DNA of 64,000 nucleotides from an uncultured bacterium (GCA_902778895.1 CACYZF010000010.1:71785-135784), one strand, 5' to 3'; positions 55,380 to 64,000 are shown, counted from the stretch's first letter. Notes: generated by a model from the sequence alone, not told the origin. Numbers and translations: made by a program.

Positions 55380-56738
55380 TTATTTCGCGGGAAAGATCTT
55401 GTCGATCATGCGCATGGTGTCCCGCGTGACGACCGCGACCACGGTGTCGCCTTCGACCAGGACGGTGTCCCCGGCGGGCGCGAATATCTCGCTGCCGCGG
55501 AATACGAGCGCGAGAACGAGGCTGGCGGGGAGCTTTGCGGCGGAGAGGGGTTTTCCGCACAGCGGGGAGCTGCCGGTGATATGGAATTCGGAGATGGCGG
55601 CCTTGAGGCTCTGCAGCTGGACGTCGACGCGCTTGTTGCCGCCCTCGAGAAGGCGCAGCACGGAGTTCGCGGCGACCAGCGTGGCGCTGAACGCACAGTC
55701 GATCGGGTCCATCTCGCGGGCGATACGGATGTATTCGGGGCGATGCGTCAGGCTGATGACCTTCTTCGCGCCGAGGCGCTTGGCGATGATGCACGACAGG
55801 ATGTTCTCCTCGTCGTCCTGTCCCACGCTGACGAACACATCGGACGCCGCGATCCCGGCGTCTTCCAGCAGGGATTCGTCGGTCGGGTCGCCCTGCAGCA
55901 CCATGATCCCGGGCGGAATTTCGTCCTGGATCCGTTCGCCGGTCTTTTCGTCGCGCACGATCATGCGGACGCCGAAACCGAGTTCATGCGCCTTGCGGGC
56001 CACGATCACGCTGGCGTCGTCGTCGCCGGACACGATGATCCGCGACGGCTTCCCGGCGTTCTCCGGCGTCGCCCAGTCCACGAACGCGTCGATGTCCTCC
56101 TTGCGGCCCGCCACATACACACGGTCGCCGGGAATCAGCAGCGTATCACCGTGGGGAATCAGCAGCTGGCGGTCGCGGACAAGCGCGGCGAACCGGATCT
56201 TGCGGAGGAGTTCCGGGCCGGGAATGTCGCGGATGCGGACGCCCTGCAGGACGCTGGACCGCGTGATCTCCAGCACGAGCATGGCGGCGTCCTCGCGGGT
56301 AAAGTTGATGGATTCGAGCGTGATCGGGTTGGCGAGGACCGCGAGGATCTTCTGGGCGGATTCCTCGGGCGAGGAAAAAGTGCGCCAGAGACCGTAGGTC
56401 GCCGGGCTGATGCCGTCGTCCTCGGAGAAACAGTCGTTGCTGTACAGACGGCAGATTGTATGCTTCACGCCGAGCTTGTTCGCGATCTGGCATGCCAGAA
56501 TATTCGCGGCTTCGTCGCCGCTCACCGCCAGCACGGCGTCGGCGTTTTCCGCCCCGGCCTGCTTCATGATGCGGACGCTGGAACAGCTGCCCGTCACGGT
56601 CATGGCGTCGAATTTATCGGAAATCCGGGCAAGTTTGTCCGCGTCGCTGTCCACGACCACGACGTCGTGGTCCTCTTCGCTGAGCGCGGACGCCAGAAGA
56701 CGTCCCAGTTCGCCCGCTCCGATCACGATGATGTTCAT
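55380..56738 (-). CDS. trkA: Trk system NAD-binding subunit TrkA (two TrkA_N/RCK_C repeats)
   Basis: MNIIVIGAGELG Rossmann motif, then a second half beginning IIVSGDDDAS, each followed by an RCK_C segment. Confidence 0.9.
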   Translation of the reverse strand: MNIIVIGAGELGRLLASALSEEDHDVVVVDSDADKLARISDKFDAMTVTGSCSSVRIMKQAGAENADAVLAVSGDEAANILACQIANKLGVKHTICRLYSNDCFSEDDGISPATYGLWRTFSSPEESAQKILAVLANPITLESINFTREDAAMLVLEITRSSVLQGVRIRDIPGPELLRKIRFAALVRDRQLLIPHGDTLLIPGDRVYVAGRKEDIDAFVDWATPENAGKPSRIIVSGDDDASVIVARKAHELGFGVRMIVRDEKTGERIQDEIPPGIMVLQGDPTDESLLEDAGIAASDVFVSVGQDDEENILSCIIAKRLGAKKVISLTHRPEYIRIAREMDPIDCAFSATLVAANSVLRLLEGGNKRVDVQLQSLKAAISEFHITGSSPLCGKPLSAAKLPASLVLALVFRGSEIFAPAGDTVLVEGDTVVAVVTRDTMRMIDKIFPAK

Positions 56739-56818
56739 AAAGGCTCTCCCCCAATTCCGGCGATTGCAGCGGATTCAACAGAAGCGCGAAAGCTGTTTCC
56801 CGGCCGGACAGGCGTTTT

Positions 56819-57091
56819 TCAGGTGAAGTCGAATTCGGTTTCGAAGAGTTCGGCAAGCTTCTTGCACAGCTCTTCCTCTTTTTCCCCCGTCACGGAGATC
56901 GTGACCGTCTCGCCCTTCTGAAGCCCCATGGTAAGCAGGTCGAGAATGCTGGTGAGCTTGGATGCGCCACGGGGGCCGGTGATCAGGATCTCATGCGTGG
57001 CCGAATACGGCTCGGCGGTGAACATGATGACGCTGGACGGACGGCAGTGGATGCCGGCCTTGTTGCGGATTTCAACGGTTTGCTGATACAT
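56819..57091 (-). CDS. ptsH: phosphocarrier protein HPr
   Basis: 90 aa. GIHCRPSS (His15 site) and KLTSILDLLTMGL (Ser46-equivalent region). Confidence 0.85.
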   Translation of the reverse strand: MYQQTVEIRNKAGIHCRPSSVIMFTAEPYSATHEILITGPRGASKLTSILDLLTMGLQKGETVTISVTGEKEEELCKKLAELFETEFDFT

Positions 57092-57112
57092 GCGTATGCT
57101 TTCGGAGGGGGG

Positions 57113-57478
57113 TTAAAACCACACGGCGCTGTTGATGGCCTTCTGCGTCCAAACGGACAGGATGCCCTGTTCGTGGAAATAATCATAACCCCAGCCCTGC
57201 AGAACGCCGTCGTCGTCGAAGAGGAACGGGGTGCACTCGTCCTGCGTGACCAGGCCGTCGTACCATTTGGGGCTGGTGTAGTAAAACCAGAGGTTGTCCG
57301 TACTGTAAAGCTCCTTGCTGAGCGGCTCTCCGGCGATCTCGACGACCTGGTCCTGCGTCATGCCGACACGGATGTCCGCCAGTTTCGCGCGCTGCTCCTT
57401 CGCCTGAAAATAACCGCAGGAAGCGCACAGCGCGGCCAACGCGGCGCAGGCAATGGTCAGGATCATGTGTCGGATCAT
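57113..57478 (-). CDS. small lipoprotein with SmpA/OmlA (BamE-like) domain
   Basis: Start at MIRHMILTIACAALAALCASC (lipobox). IRVGMTQDQVVEIAGEPL is typical of the BamE/SmpA_OmlA fold. The longer ORF-track N-terminus is unsupported. Confidence 0.5.
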   Translation of the reverse strand: MIRHMILTIACAALAALCASCGYFQAKEQRAKLADIRVGMTQDQVVEIAGEPLSKELYSTDNLWFYYTSPKWYDGLVTQDECTPFLFDDDGVLQGWGYDYFHEQGILSVWTQKAINSAVWF

Positions 57479-57566
57479 TTCCGGTTCCTTTCGGGTTCGG
57501 AGACAAAAACAGTGCGTGACGAAGTAAAAAAGTATTCTATACAATATACTGCAAAAATACGTTTTG

Positions 57567-58538
57567 TCAAGCGCGTTCCACCAAAAACCCGGCCGTATCC
57601 GCCCCGAAAAGATTCAGCATCGCGTCGGGCGGCGCACTTTCGCATTCGACCGCCTCGCCCGTGCCGGAGACGGTGAACCGCAGCCGCCATGCGTGGAGCG
57701 CCTGCGTCGGCAGGACCAGCGCCGCGCGGTCGGCGTCCGTCATGGCTTCCTCCGTGAACCGCAGGAAGACCGTGTCGTCCGGCCCGTAGAGCTTGTCGCC
57801 GACGAGCGGGAAACCGCAGGAACACAGCGTGGCGCGGATCTGATGCAGACGCCCCGTATGCGGACGGCATTCGACGAGGCTGAACCGCCCGTCCGTTTTC
57901 AGACAGGCAAACTCCGTGGCGCACGGCTCGGCGTCCTCCGTGCCCGGATCTGTCTCCGTGAAACGCCGTTTCTTCCGCACCGGGGAATCCGGATCGGACG
58001 ACAGCCAGCCGTTTTTCACGACCATGCTGGCGGGGAACTCACCGAAGACGGCGGCAAGATACGTTTTCTCCACCTGGTGCGAAGCAAAAAGTCCGCTCAG
58101 AACGCCCGCGGTCTCCGCATCCTTCGCCAGCACGACCAGCCCGGACGTCTCCCGGTCCAGACGGTTCACGACGAAGAGCTCGCCATACCGTTCCTTCATC
58201 AGCATCAGCAGGGTGTTTCGGAAATAGCAGCCCGACGGATGGACCGGCAGGCAGCCGGACTTCGACACGACCAGAAAACCGGGCCGTTCCAGCACGACCG
58301 AATACGCCGGGTCGACCTCCGGCTCCGCGATCCCCTGCACGTCGAACTCGATCACGTCGCCCGCATGGAGCCGTCGCGACGCCCGCACCCGGATCCCGTT
58401 GACCGAGATCCGCCCCGCGCGGATGATCGACTGCCATCCGGTTCGGGACTGGTAGGTGAAACGCTCCGTGAGGAAATGGTCAAGGCGGACGCCTTCGAGT
58501 TCCGGTCCGGCTGTGGTGCTGATGGTGCGTTCGTGCAT
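57567..58538 (-). CDS. RluA-family pseudouridine synthase (with S4 domain)
   Basis: S4-like N-terminus (RLDHFL...ISVNG) and catalytic motif HRLDRETSGLVVLAK. Confidence 0.85.
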   Translation of the reverse strand: MHERTISTTAGPELEGVRLDHFLTERFTYQSRTGWQSIIRAGRISVNGIRVRASRRLHAGDVIEFDVQGIAEPEVDPAYSVVLERPGFLVVSKSGCLPVHPSGCYFRNTLLMLMKERYGELFVVNRLDRETSGLVVLAKDAETAGVLSGLFASHQVEKTYLAAVFGEFPASMVVKNGWLSSDPDSPVRKKRRFTETDPGTEDAEPCATEFACLKTDGRFSLVECRPHTGRLHQIRATLCSCGFPLVGDKLYGPDDTVFLRFTEEAMTDADRAALVLPTQALHAWRLRFTVSGTGEAVECESAPPDAMLNLFGADTAGFLVERA

Positions 58539-58574
58539 GATTTCACTAAAAAAAAAGTTTTTTTCGGGTTCCGG

Positions 58575-58603
58575 TTAGATTTTTTTCATTCTTATGCTAT
58601 AAT
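58575..58603 (+). promoter_or_regulatory. sigma70-type promoter (extended -10) for ffh
   Basis: TTAGAT-N17-TATAAT with TGc before the -10. Confidence 0.5.
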
Positions 58604-58645
58604 ATAACACCGCATGTATTTTTTCAAAGTGCAAGAGACCGTAAA

Positions 58646-60106
58646 ATGTTTGAAAATCTTTCCGACAAATTCCAGGAAGTCTTCCGCAAGCTCCGCGGCC
58701 AGACGACCATTTCCGAATCCAATATCGCGGAATCCATGCAGGACGTCCGCGACGCCCTGATCGACGCCGACGTCAATATCGAGATCGCCGACGAGTTCGT
58801 TTCCGAAGTCCGTCAGGCCTGCCTCGGCGAAGCCGTCGTGAAGAGTGTCACCCCCGGCCAGCAGGCTGTCAAGATCGTCCACGACAAACTCGTCGAGCTC
58901 ATGGGATCCGCCGAAGCGGAGCTCAATACCGGGGCGCATCCGAACATCATCCTGATGGTCGGCCTGCACGGTTCCGGCAAGACGACCACCAGCGCCAAGC
59001 TCGCGCTCCACCTCAAGAACAAGGGCAAAAAGGTCCTTCTCGCGGCATGCGACGTGTACCGTCCCGCTGCGATCGAACAGCTGAAGGTGCTCGGCGGCGA
59101 GATCGGCGTCCCGGTCTACGCGGAGGAAGGCGTCGGGGACGTTCCCGGCATCGCGCTCCGCGCGCTGGAACAGGCCCGCAACGACAACGCCGACTTCCTC
59201 ATCATCGACACAGCGGGCCGCCTCCAGATCGACACCGCGATGGTGCAGGAACTCGTGATGGTCTCCAGCGTCACGCAGGCGGGCGAAATCCTGCTCGTGG
59301 CGGACGCCGCCCTCGGCCAGCAGGCCGTCTCCGTGGCGCGCCATTTCAACGACGCGCTCCACATCACCGGTATCGTGCTCACCAAGCTCGACGGCGATGC
59401 GCGCGGAGGCGCGGCCCTCTCCATCCGCAAAGTCACCGGCTGCCCCGTCAAGTTCACGGGTTCCGGCGAAAAACTGGAGGACCTCGACGTCTTCCATCCC
59501 GACCGCATGGCGTCCCGAATCCTCGGCATGGGCGACGTGGTCTCGCTCGTCGAACGCGCCGTGGAAAAGATCGACCAGGAGGAAGCGGCGAAGTTCGAGG
59601 AGAAGATCCGCAAGAACACGTTCGATTTCGACGACTTCCTGGGCCAGCTGCGCCAGATGACGCGTCTCGGCGGCCTCGAAGCCATCCTGAAATTCCTGCC
59701 CGGCGGCGACAAGCTCTCCGGGATCGCCGAACTCGCGCCCTCGAAGTTCGCAGGCATGGAGGCGATCATCCTCTCCATGACCAAATACGAACGCGCCAAC
59801 GCCGAACAGATCGACATGCCGCGGCGCCGCCGCATTGCGAAGGGCTCCGGACGCTCCGTCGAGGAAGTCTCCCAGCTTATCAAACAGTTCCTCCTCATGA
59901 AAAAAGTCATGAAGAACAACAGCCTGCTCGACCGGATGGCCGGCGGCATGCGCGGCGGTTTCGGAGGCATGGGCGGAATGGGCGGCATGGGCGGTTTCGG
60001 AGGCATGGGCGGAATGGGCGGTTTCGGAGGCATGGGCGGAATGGGCGGTTTCCGCATGCGCGGGAGCAACTACACGCCGCCGAAAAAGAAACGCCGAAAG
60101 AAATAA
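58646..60106 (+). CDS. ffh: signal recognition particle protein Ffh with Gly/Met-repeat and polybasic C-terminal tail
   Basis: N and G domains (GLHGSGKTTTSAKLA, DTAGRL, TKLDGDARGGAALS), M domain, then GGMRGGFGGMGGMGGMGGFGG... and KKKRRKK. Confidence 0.95.
   Translation: MFENLSDKFQEVFRKLRGQTTISESNIAESMQDVRDALIDADVNIEIADEFVSEVRQACLGEAVVKSVTPGQQAVKIVHDKLVELMGSAEAELNTGAHPNIILMVGLHGSGKTTTSAKLALHLKNKGKKVLLAACDVYRPAAIEQLKVLGGEIGVPVYAEEGVGDVPGIALRALEQARNDNADFLIIDTAGRLQIDTAMVQELVMVSSVTQAGEILLVADAALGQQAVSVARHFNDALHITGIVLTKLDGDARGGAALSIRKVTGCPVKFTGSGEKLEDLDVFHPDRMASRILGMGDVVSLVERAVEKIDQEEAAKFEEKIRKNTFDFDDFLGQLRQMTRLGGLEAILKFLPGGDKLSGIAELAPSKFAGMEAIILSMTKYERANAEQIDMPRRRRIAKGSGRSVEEVSQLIKQFLLMKKVMKNNSLLDRMAGGMRGGFGGMGGMGGMGGFGGMGGMGGFGGMGGMGGFRMRGSNYTPPKKKRRKK
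59957..60055 (+). repeat. in-frame 27-nt tandem repeat encoding GFGGMGGMG in the Ffh tail
   Basis: ggtttcggaggcatgggcggaatgggc occurs at 59957, 59993 and 60020, with a partial fourth copy. Confidence 0.9.
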
Positions 60107-60130
60107 GCTGAATCACGGGAGCAAACGATT

Positions 60131-61303
60131 ATGAGTCAGGAAAAACCGCTGATCTGGATCATGGCCGGAGAATCGTCCGGCGACCTTTACGGCGCACGCA
60201 TCGCGCAGGAAGTGATGAAACAATGCCCCTCCGCCACCGTTCGAGGCATGGGCGGGCAGCGCATGCGCGACGCGGGCGTGGACCTTTTCATCGACTCCTC
60301 CGAGCTCGGCGTGGTCGGGTTCATCGAGGTCTTCGCCCACATCGGCACGTTCATCCGCATCTTCTTCCAGTGCATCGCCCTCGCGAAGAAGGAACGGCCC
60401 GACGCCGTAATGGTCATCGACAATCCCGGATTCAACATCCGCCTCGCGAAACGCCTCTGGAAGCTCGGCATCCCGGTCGTCTGGTTCGTCAGTCCTCAGG
60501 TCTGGGCGTGGCGCAAATCCAACATCCCGCGTATCGCAAAATACTGCCGCAAGCTCATCGTGATCTTCCCGTTCGAGACCGAAGTCTGGGCTGGGTCCGG
60601 GCTCGAAACGCATTTCGACGGGCATCCGCTGATCGAAATCGTCCGCGAACGCATCGACCCGACGCTGAAACGCGACCCGAACCACGTGCTGATCCTGCCA
60701 GGCAGCCGCGGACACGAGACGTCTCAGCTGCTTGAACCGTTCCTGAAGACCGTGCTGATCCTCCACGAACGCCATCCCGAGCTCTACTTCACGATCTCGC
60801 TTCCGCGCGAACAGATTTACCGCGATGTGCTCGAAGGACTTGACCAGTTCACGCGGCATCACCCCGAAATGCAGGACGTCCGCATCGACGTCAAAACAGG
60901 CATCACCCCGGTCGCCATTCAGGAATGCACCGCGGGGATTGCCGCCTCGGGAACCGTCACGGTCGAATGCGCCATTGCCGGGCTTCCGCTCGTCGTGGCC
61001 TACCGTCTCAACTCCATCACCTTCCTTTTCGCGCGCCTCGTCGTGCGCAAGCTCTTCCGCAACGCCTTCACCATGGTGAACATCATCCTGAACAGGAAAT
61101 CCTTCGAGGAATTTCTCCAGTATCAGGTCAGGCCACAGGACATGGCCGACGCGCTGGAACGCATCCTGCCCGGCGGATCCCGCAGGGCCGAGGTGGAAAA
61201 GGATATGGAAGAACTCCGTCAGATGCTCGCGCCCGGATCGACGAACGCCACGGCCAACGCCGCGCGCCATCTGCTTTCCACGACGAAGCTGCTGCCGGAA
61301 TAA
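60131..61303 (+). CDS. lpxB: lipid-A-disaccharide synthase
   Basis: IMAGESSGDLYGA N-terminus, VIDNPGFN, LPGSR, GTVTVECA; typical length. Confidence 0.9.
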   Translation: MSQEKPLIWIMAGESSGDLYGARIAQEVMKQCPSATVRGMGGQRMRDAGVDLFIDSSELGVVGFIEVFAHIGTFIRIFFQCIALAKKERPDAVMVIDNPGFNIRLAKRLWKLGIPVVWFVSPQVWAWRKSNIPRIAKYCRKLIVIFPFETEVWAGSGLETHFDGHPLIEIVRERIDPTLKRDPNHVLILPGSRGHETSQLLEPFLKTVLILHERHPELYFTISLPREQIYRDVLEGLDQFTRHHPEMQDVRIDVKTGITPVAIQECTAGIAASGTVTVECAIAGLPLVVAYRLNSITFLFARLVVRKLFRNAFTMVNIILNRKSFEEFLQYQVRPQDMADALERILPGGSRRAEVEKDMEELRQMLAPGSTNATANAARHLLSTTKLLPE

Positions 61304-63918
61304 GACGAAGGGGACATTCCCTGTTCAGTTTTGCCCGCCGGGAGCTTCACTGCGTCCGGGGGATTCTCATTCTGCCCAGCATCCGGCCCCTCGTTTCGGC
61401 CGGCGGGGTTCTCATTCCGGCCGCCGCGGCCGGCGGCGCCGGCGGTCCGGTCACGATTGAACCCGGGCCGGTTATTGTTCGGCGCAAACGGCCGCATCAC
61501 GCCTCCCGCCGGGGGCATGAAGATGTTCCCGGCGCGTCCCTGCCTGGCCCCGCTCTGCGCGGTTGCCGGAGTGCGCGTCCGGGGCCTTGACTGCAAAACC
61601 GGATTCGGATTCTGTCTGCCCGGCTGGCGCCCCGGCTGAACTGGCTGACGTGCGCCGGGGATAGGCTGACGTCCCGTCATACCCGGACGGACCGCCGCAG
61701 GAAGGTTCGTTTCCAGCCGGGCCAGCTCCATCTGGAATTCCGTCAGTCTGTCTCCATGGTAATCATCCAGTTCGTCCCGTATCTTCGAGGCGAGTTCCTG
61801 AACGTTCCCCGGCTGGATCCGCGTGGGCGCGCTCATCTGTCCCAGCTGTTCCAGCTGCATCTCAAGCAGGGCTTCCTTCACCTCGTCCGGGGCGTCCGGG
61901 CTGCGGTACAGGAGTTCCAGCATTCCCTGCAGTCGCGCCATTTCGCTGCGCACGGCGGCCTGGTCTCCGCTCCGGCGCAAACGGGAAATATAAGCTGAGT
62001 AAAGCTCCACGGCGGCCGAGGCGACTTCCGGCGTATTCGGATACCACGCCAGCAGGTGGTCAGCCAATGCCAGAGCCTGTTCGAGCGACTGCCTGTCCTC
62101 CTGTGCGAACCGCGTCTGCGTGCCCAGTCTCCGGCTCATCAGGTCGACGAGAGCAAGCGAGAACTCCATACGGTCCGGGTACTGCTTCGCCAGTTTTCCG
62201 AGGATCTCCGGCGGGTTCGGATCGATGCCGGGGATCGGATCGGATTCCGCCAGACCGGGCTGCGTTTCCAGCAGGAGAACATACTGATAAAGGTAGTCCG
62301 GGTTCTCCGGTTCGGCCTGAAGAAGCGAACGCAACAGAACGGACGCCGCGTCGTATTCGCCGAGCGTCTGATACGCCTGGACCGCCTCGCATGACTTCGG
62401 ATAATCCTCGATGACCTGACGGGACAGCTGTCCGGCCTGAACGGTCTTCCCCTGCTGGCGGAACGCCGCGGCAAGCAGATTCAGCGTGGCGGCGTCGGTC
62501 CGGAGTTCGGCGGCGCGCCGGAATGCGTTTTCCGCGAGCGGATAGTTGCCGGACCGCATGGCCGCCGTGCCGATCATCAGGTTGATGTCCGCAATCTCCG
62601 ACTGCGGCAGGTTGCGCTGTTCGGCGATGTCCTGATAATACGGCATCAGGCGTGAAAGCAGTTCGCTCCCGCTCGAAGTCGGCGTGCGGTGTTCGATGTG
62701 CGCGAAAATATCGGACAGGGCCGCGTTTGCCGCGGCAGCATTCTTCTCGGCCAGTTTCAACGCGGAATTGGTGCGGACATATCCGACCGTCACGGAAACG
62801 GCAAACGCCATGATCGCGGTCAGCGCCAGCAGGCTCAGAGCCGCCACGGCGGGCTTGCGTTTCGACCAGAGCCGGAACCTCCGGAACGCCGACGTGTTTG
62901 CCGCCGAAACGGGTTCGTGATGGAGGAAACGCTCCAGATCCGCCGCGACTTCCGCCATGCCGGGATACCGTGCCGACGGATCGAAGCTGATGCAGCGGTT
63001 GACAATCGCCGCCAGGTCGGGCTCGGAGCATTGCAGCGGCGGAAGCGGCGCGGTGCAGATGCGGTCGATCAGCTTCTGCGGATTCTGTTCCGGCAGGACC
63101 GGAGCCTGCGTGATGAGCTCGTACAGGGTCACGCCGAACGAATACTGGTCTCCGGCAAAGGACTTGATCCCGTGCTTGAGGCGTTCCGGCGCCATGTAGC
63201 GCAGCGTCCCGCTCCGCATCCCCGATCTGCCCGGTTTCCCGACCATGTCTTTCAGCACGAACGCCAGCCCGAAGTCGCCGATGTGGATTTCGCCCTGCGT
63301 GTCCAGCAGCATATTCGCGGGCTTCACGTCGCAATGCAGGACGCCGCAACGATGGGCGTAGGCAAGCGCCCGGGAGGCCTGAAGCCCCAGACGCGCGATC
63401 TCGCGCGGAGCGTTCGTGCCGTAATGGTTCAGCCCGGTGCCGTTGATCAGCTCCATGGCATAATAGCACCGGTCGGCGCTGACGCCCGCGTTGTAGATCT
63501 TCACGATGTTCGGGTGGTGAAGCATCGCGATCACGCGCGCCTCGTTCTCGAACTGCTCGCGCTGCGCCGGATCGGACGTCAGCGACGGCGAAAGCACCTT
63601 CACTGCGACTTTCCGGTCCAGCGAGATCTGGGTGGCTTCGAAGACCTCGCCCATGCCGCCCGCGCCGATCTTCCGGATCAGACGGTAATCCGATCCGCTC
63701 AGATCGGGGAATTCCCCGCCCGAAACGGCGTGCGCATGGTCCCGGCGCGTATCGGCGGCGCAGTTTTCCATCTTCACCATCAGCGGCAGGAGCTCCGCAA
63801 GACGGTCCGCATATTCGGGATGGAGATGCGTGAATTCCCCGATATCCGGGGCCGTCCCGCTTCGGAACATCTCCAGATACGATTCGATCAGGTCTTCAAA
63901 TGTCGTGTCGTCGTTCAC
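61219..63918 (-). CDS. membrane Ser/Thr protein kinase with TPR-rich extracytoplasmic region and Pro/Arg/Gly/Asn-rich tail
   Basis: GTG start. Hanks kinase motifs GAGGMGEVF, VAVK, HCDVKPANML, DFGLA, APE. One TM (VAALSLLALTAIMAFAVSV), TPR-like repeats, low-complexity C-terminus. The last 85 nt overlap the lpxB 3' end on the opposite strand. Confidence 0.85.
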   Translation of the reverse strand: MNDDTTFEDLIESYLEMFRSGTAPDIGEFTHLHPEYADRLAELLPLMVKMENCAADTRRDHAHAVSGGEFPDLSGSDYRLIRKIGAGGMGEVFEATQISLDRKVAVKVLSPSLTSDPAQREQFENEARVIAMLHHPNIVKIYNAGVSADRCYYAMELINGTGLNHYGTNAPREIARLGLQASRALAYAHRCGVLHCDVKPANMLLDTQGEIHIGDFGLAFVLKDMVGKPGRSGMRSGTLRYMAPERLKHGIKSFAGDQYSFGVTLYELITQAPVLPEQNPQKLIDRICTAPLPPLQCSEPDLAAIVNRCISFDPSARYPGMAEVAADLERFLHHEPVSAANTSAFRRFRLWSKRKPAVAALSLLALTAIMAFAVSVTVGYVRTNSALKLAEKNAAAANAALSDIFAHIEHRTPTSSGSELLSRLMPYYQDIAEQRNLPQSEIADINLMIGTAAMRSGNYPLAENAFRRAAELRTDAATLNLLAAAFRQQGKTVQAGQLSRQVIEDYPKSCEAVQAYQTLGEYDAASVLLRSLLQAEPENPDYLYQYVLLLETQPGLAESDPIPGIDPNPPEILGKLAKQYPDRMEFSLALVDLMSRRLGTQTRFAQEDRQSLEQALALADHLLAWYPNTPEVASAAVELYSAYISRLRRSGDQAAVRSEMARLQGMLELLYRSPDAPDEVKEALLEMQLEQLGQMSAPTRIQPGNVQELASKIRDELDDYHGDRLTEFQMELARLETNLPAAVRPGMTGRQPIPGARQPVQPGRQPGRQNPNPVLQSRPRTRTPATAQSGARQGRAGNIFMPPAGGVMRPFAPNNNRPGFNRDRTAGAAGRGGRNENPAGRNEGPDAGQNENPPDAVKLPAGKTEQGMSPSSYSGSSFVVESRWRAALAVAFVDPGASI

Positions 63919-64000
63919 GGCCGGAACTCGGTAAATTCGATCAGCTGTTTCTTCAGGTGTTCCAGCGCGCGGACATAACGGATGCTCGCAGCCTTCTGCG
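63915..64000 (-). CDS. ECF-type sigma-70 family factor, C-terminal fragment (rest outside the window)
   Basis: Minus-strand frame reads ...QKAASIRYVRALEHLKKQLIEFTEFRP*, resembling the region-4 HTH end of ECF sigma factors. Its TGA overlaps the kinase GTG start (GTGA). Confidence 0.6.
   Translation of the reverse strand, partial: QKAASIRYVRALEHLKKQLIEFTEFRP

Noticed and set aside
1-64000. Mobile elements, prophage, defence islands, tRNA/rRNA genes
   Set aside because: No integrase, transposase or phage-like proteins, no terminal inverted repeats, no tRNA-like cloverleaf in any intergenic gap, and no known defence-system domains. Apart from the lower-GC CAZyme genes the window looks like core chromosome.

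Overview
64-kb chromosomal segment from a high-GC diderm bacterium. lpxB, a TolC-like OMF, LolCDE parts, a BamE-like lipoprotein and an RND pump all point to an outer membrane. The gene content (many CAZymes, an ECF sigma / Ser-Thr kinase pair, a cdaA-cdaR pair) suggests a PVC-type polysaccharide degrader, but that is inference only. I call about 46 protein-coding genes, nearly all ordinary housekeeping, transport or glycoside-hydrolase genes: ppk1, mazG, cdaA/cdaR, gltX, def, metK-adoK-ahcY, ffh, lpxB, trkAH, ptsH, lolDE, an RND pump, an ABC importer, two GH2 and one GH9. I saw no rRNA, tRNA, CRISPR array, transposase or integrase. A recurrent sigma70-type promoter pattern, TTGnnn-N16/17-(TGn)TAT(A/T)(A/T)T, is visible in most intergenic gaps. 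It let me shorten several ORF-track N-termini (aas-like, GH9, heptosyltransferase, lolE, CNNM). Most interesting observations: (1) a self-contained, heavily structured ~225-nt RNA candidate in the largest non-coding gap (21.8-22.06 kb, minus strand), with its own promoter, nested helices, G-run loops and a U-tract, which I could not assign to a known family; (2) a TibC/Aah-type (BAHT) protein O-heptosyltransferase homolog with no autotransporter nearby; (3) a bacterial Cdc123/D123 ATP-grasp homolog at the end of a gltX-def cluster; (4) a tail-anchored, disordered protein built from xIxLKxP / QLKKPESS repeats; (5) a GH9 with a LamG domain nested inside the catalytic domain and visibly lower GC; (6) an orphan HydF between a GH2 and an MFS gene. 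The many long ORFs antisense to real genes are high-GC shadow ORFs and were rejected. All homology calls come from motif recognition by eye; no searches were run.
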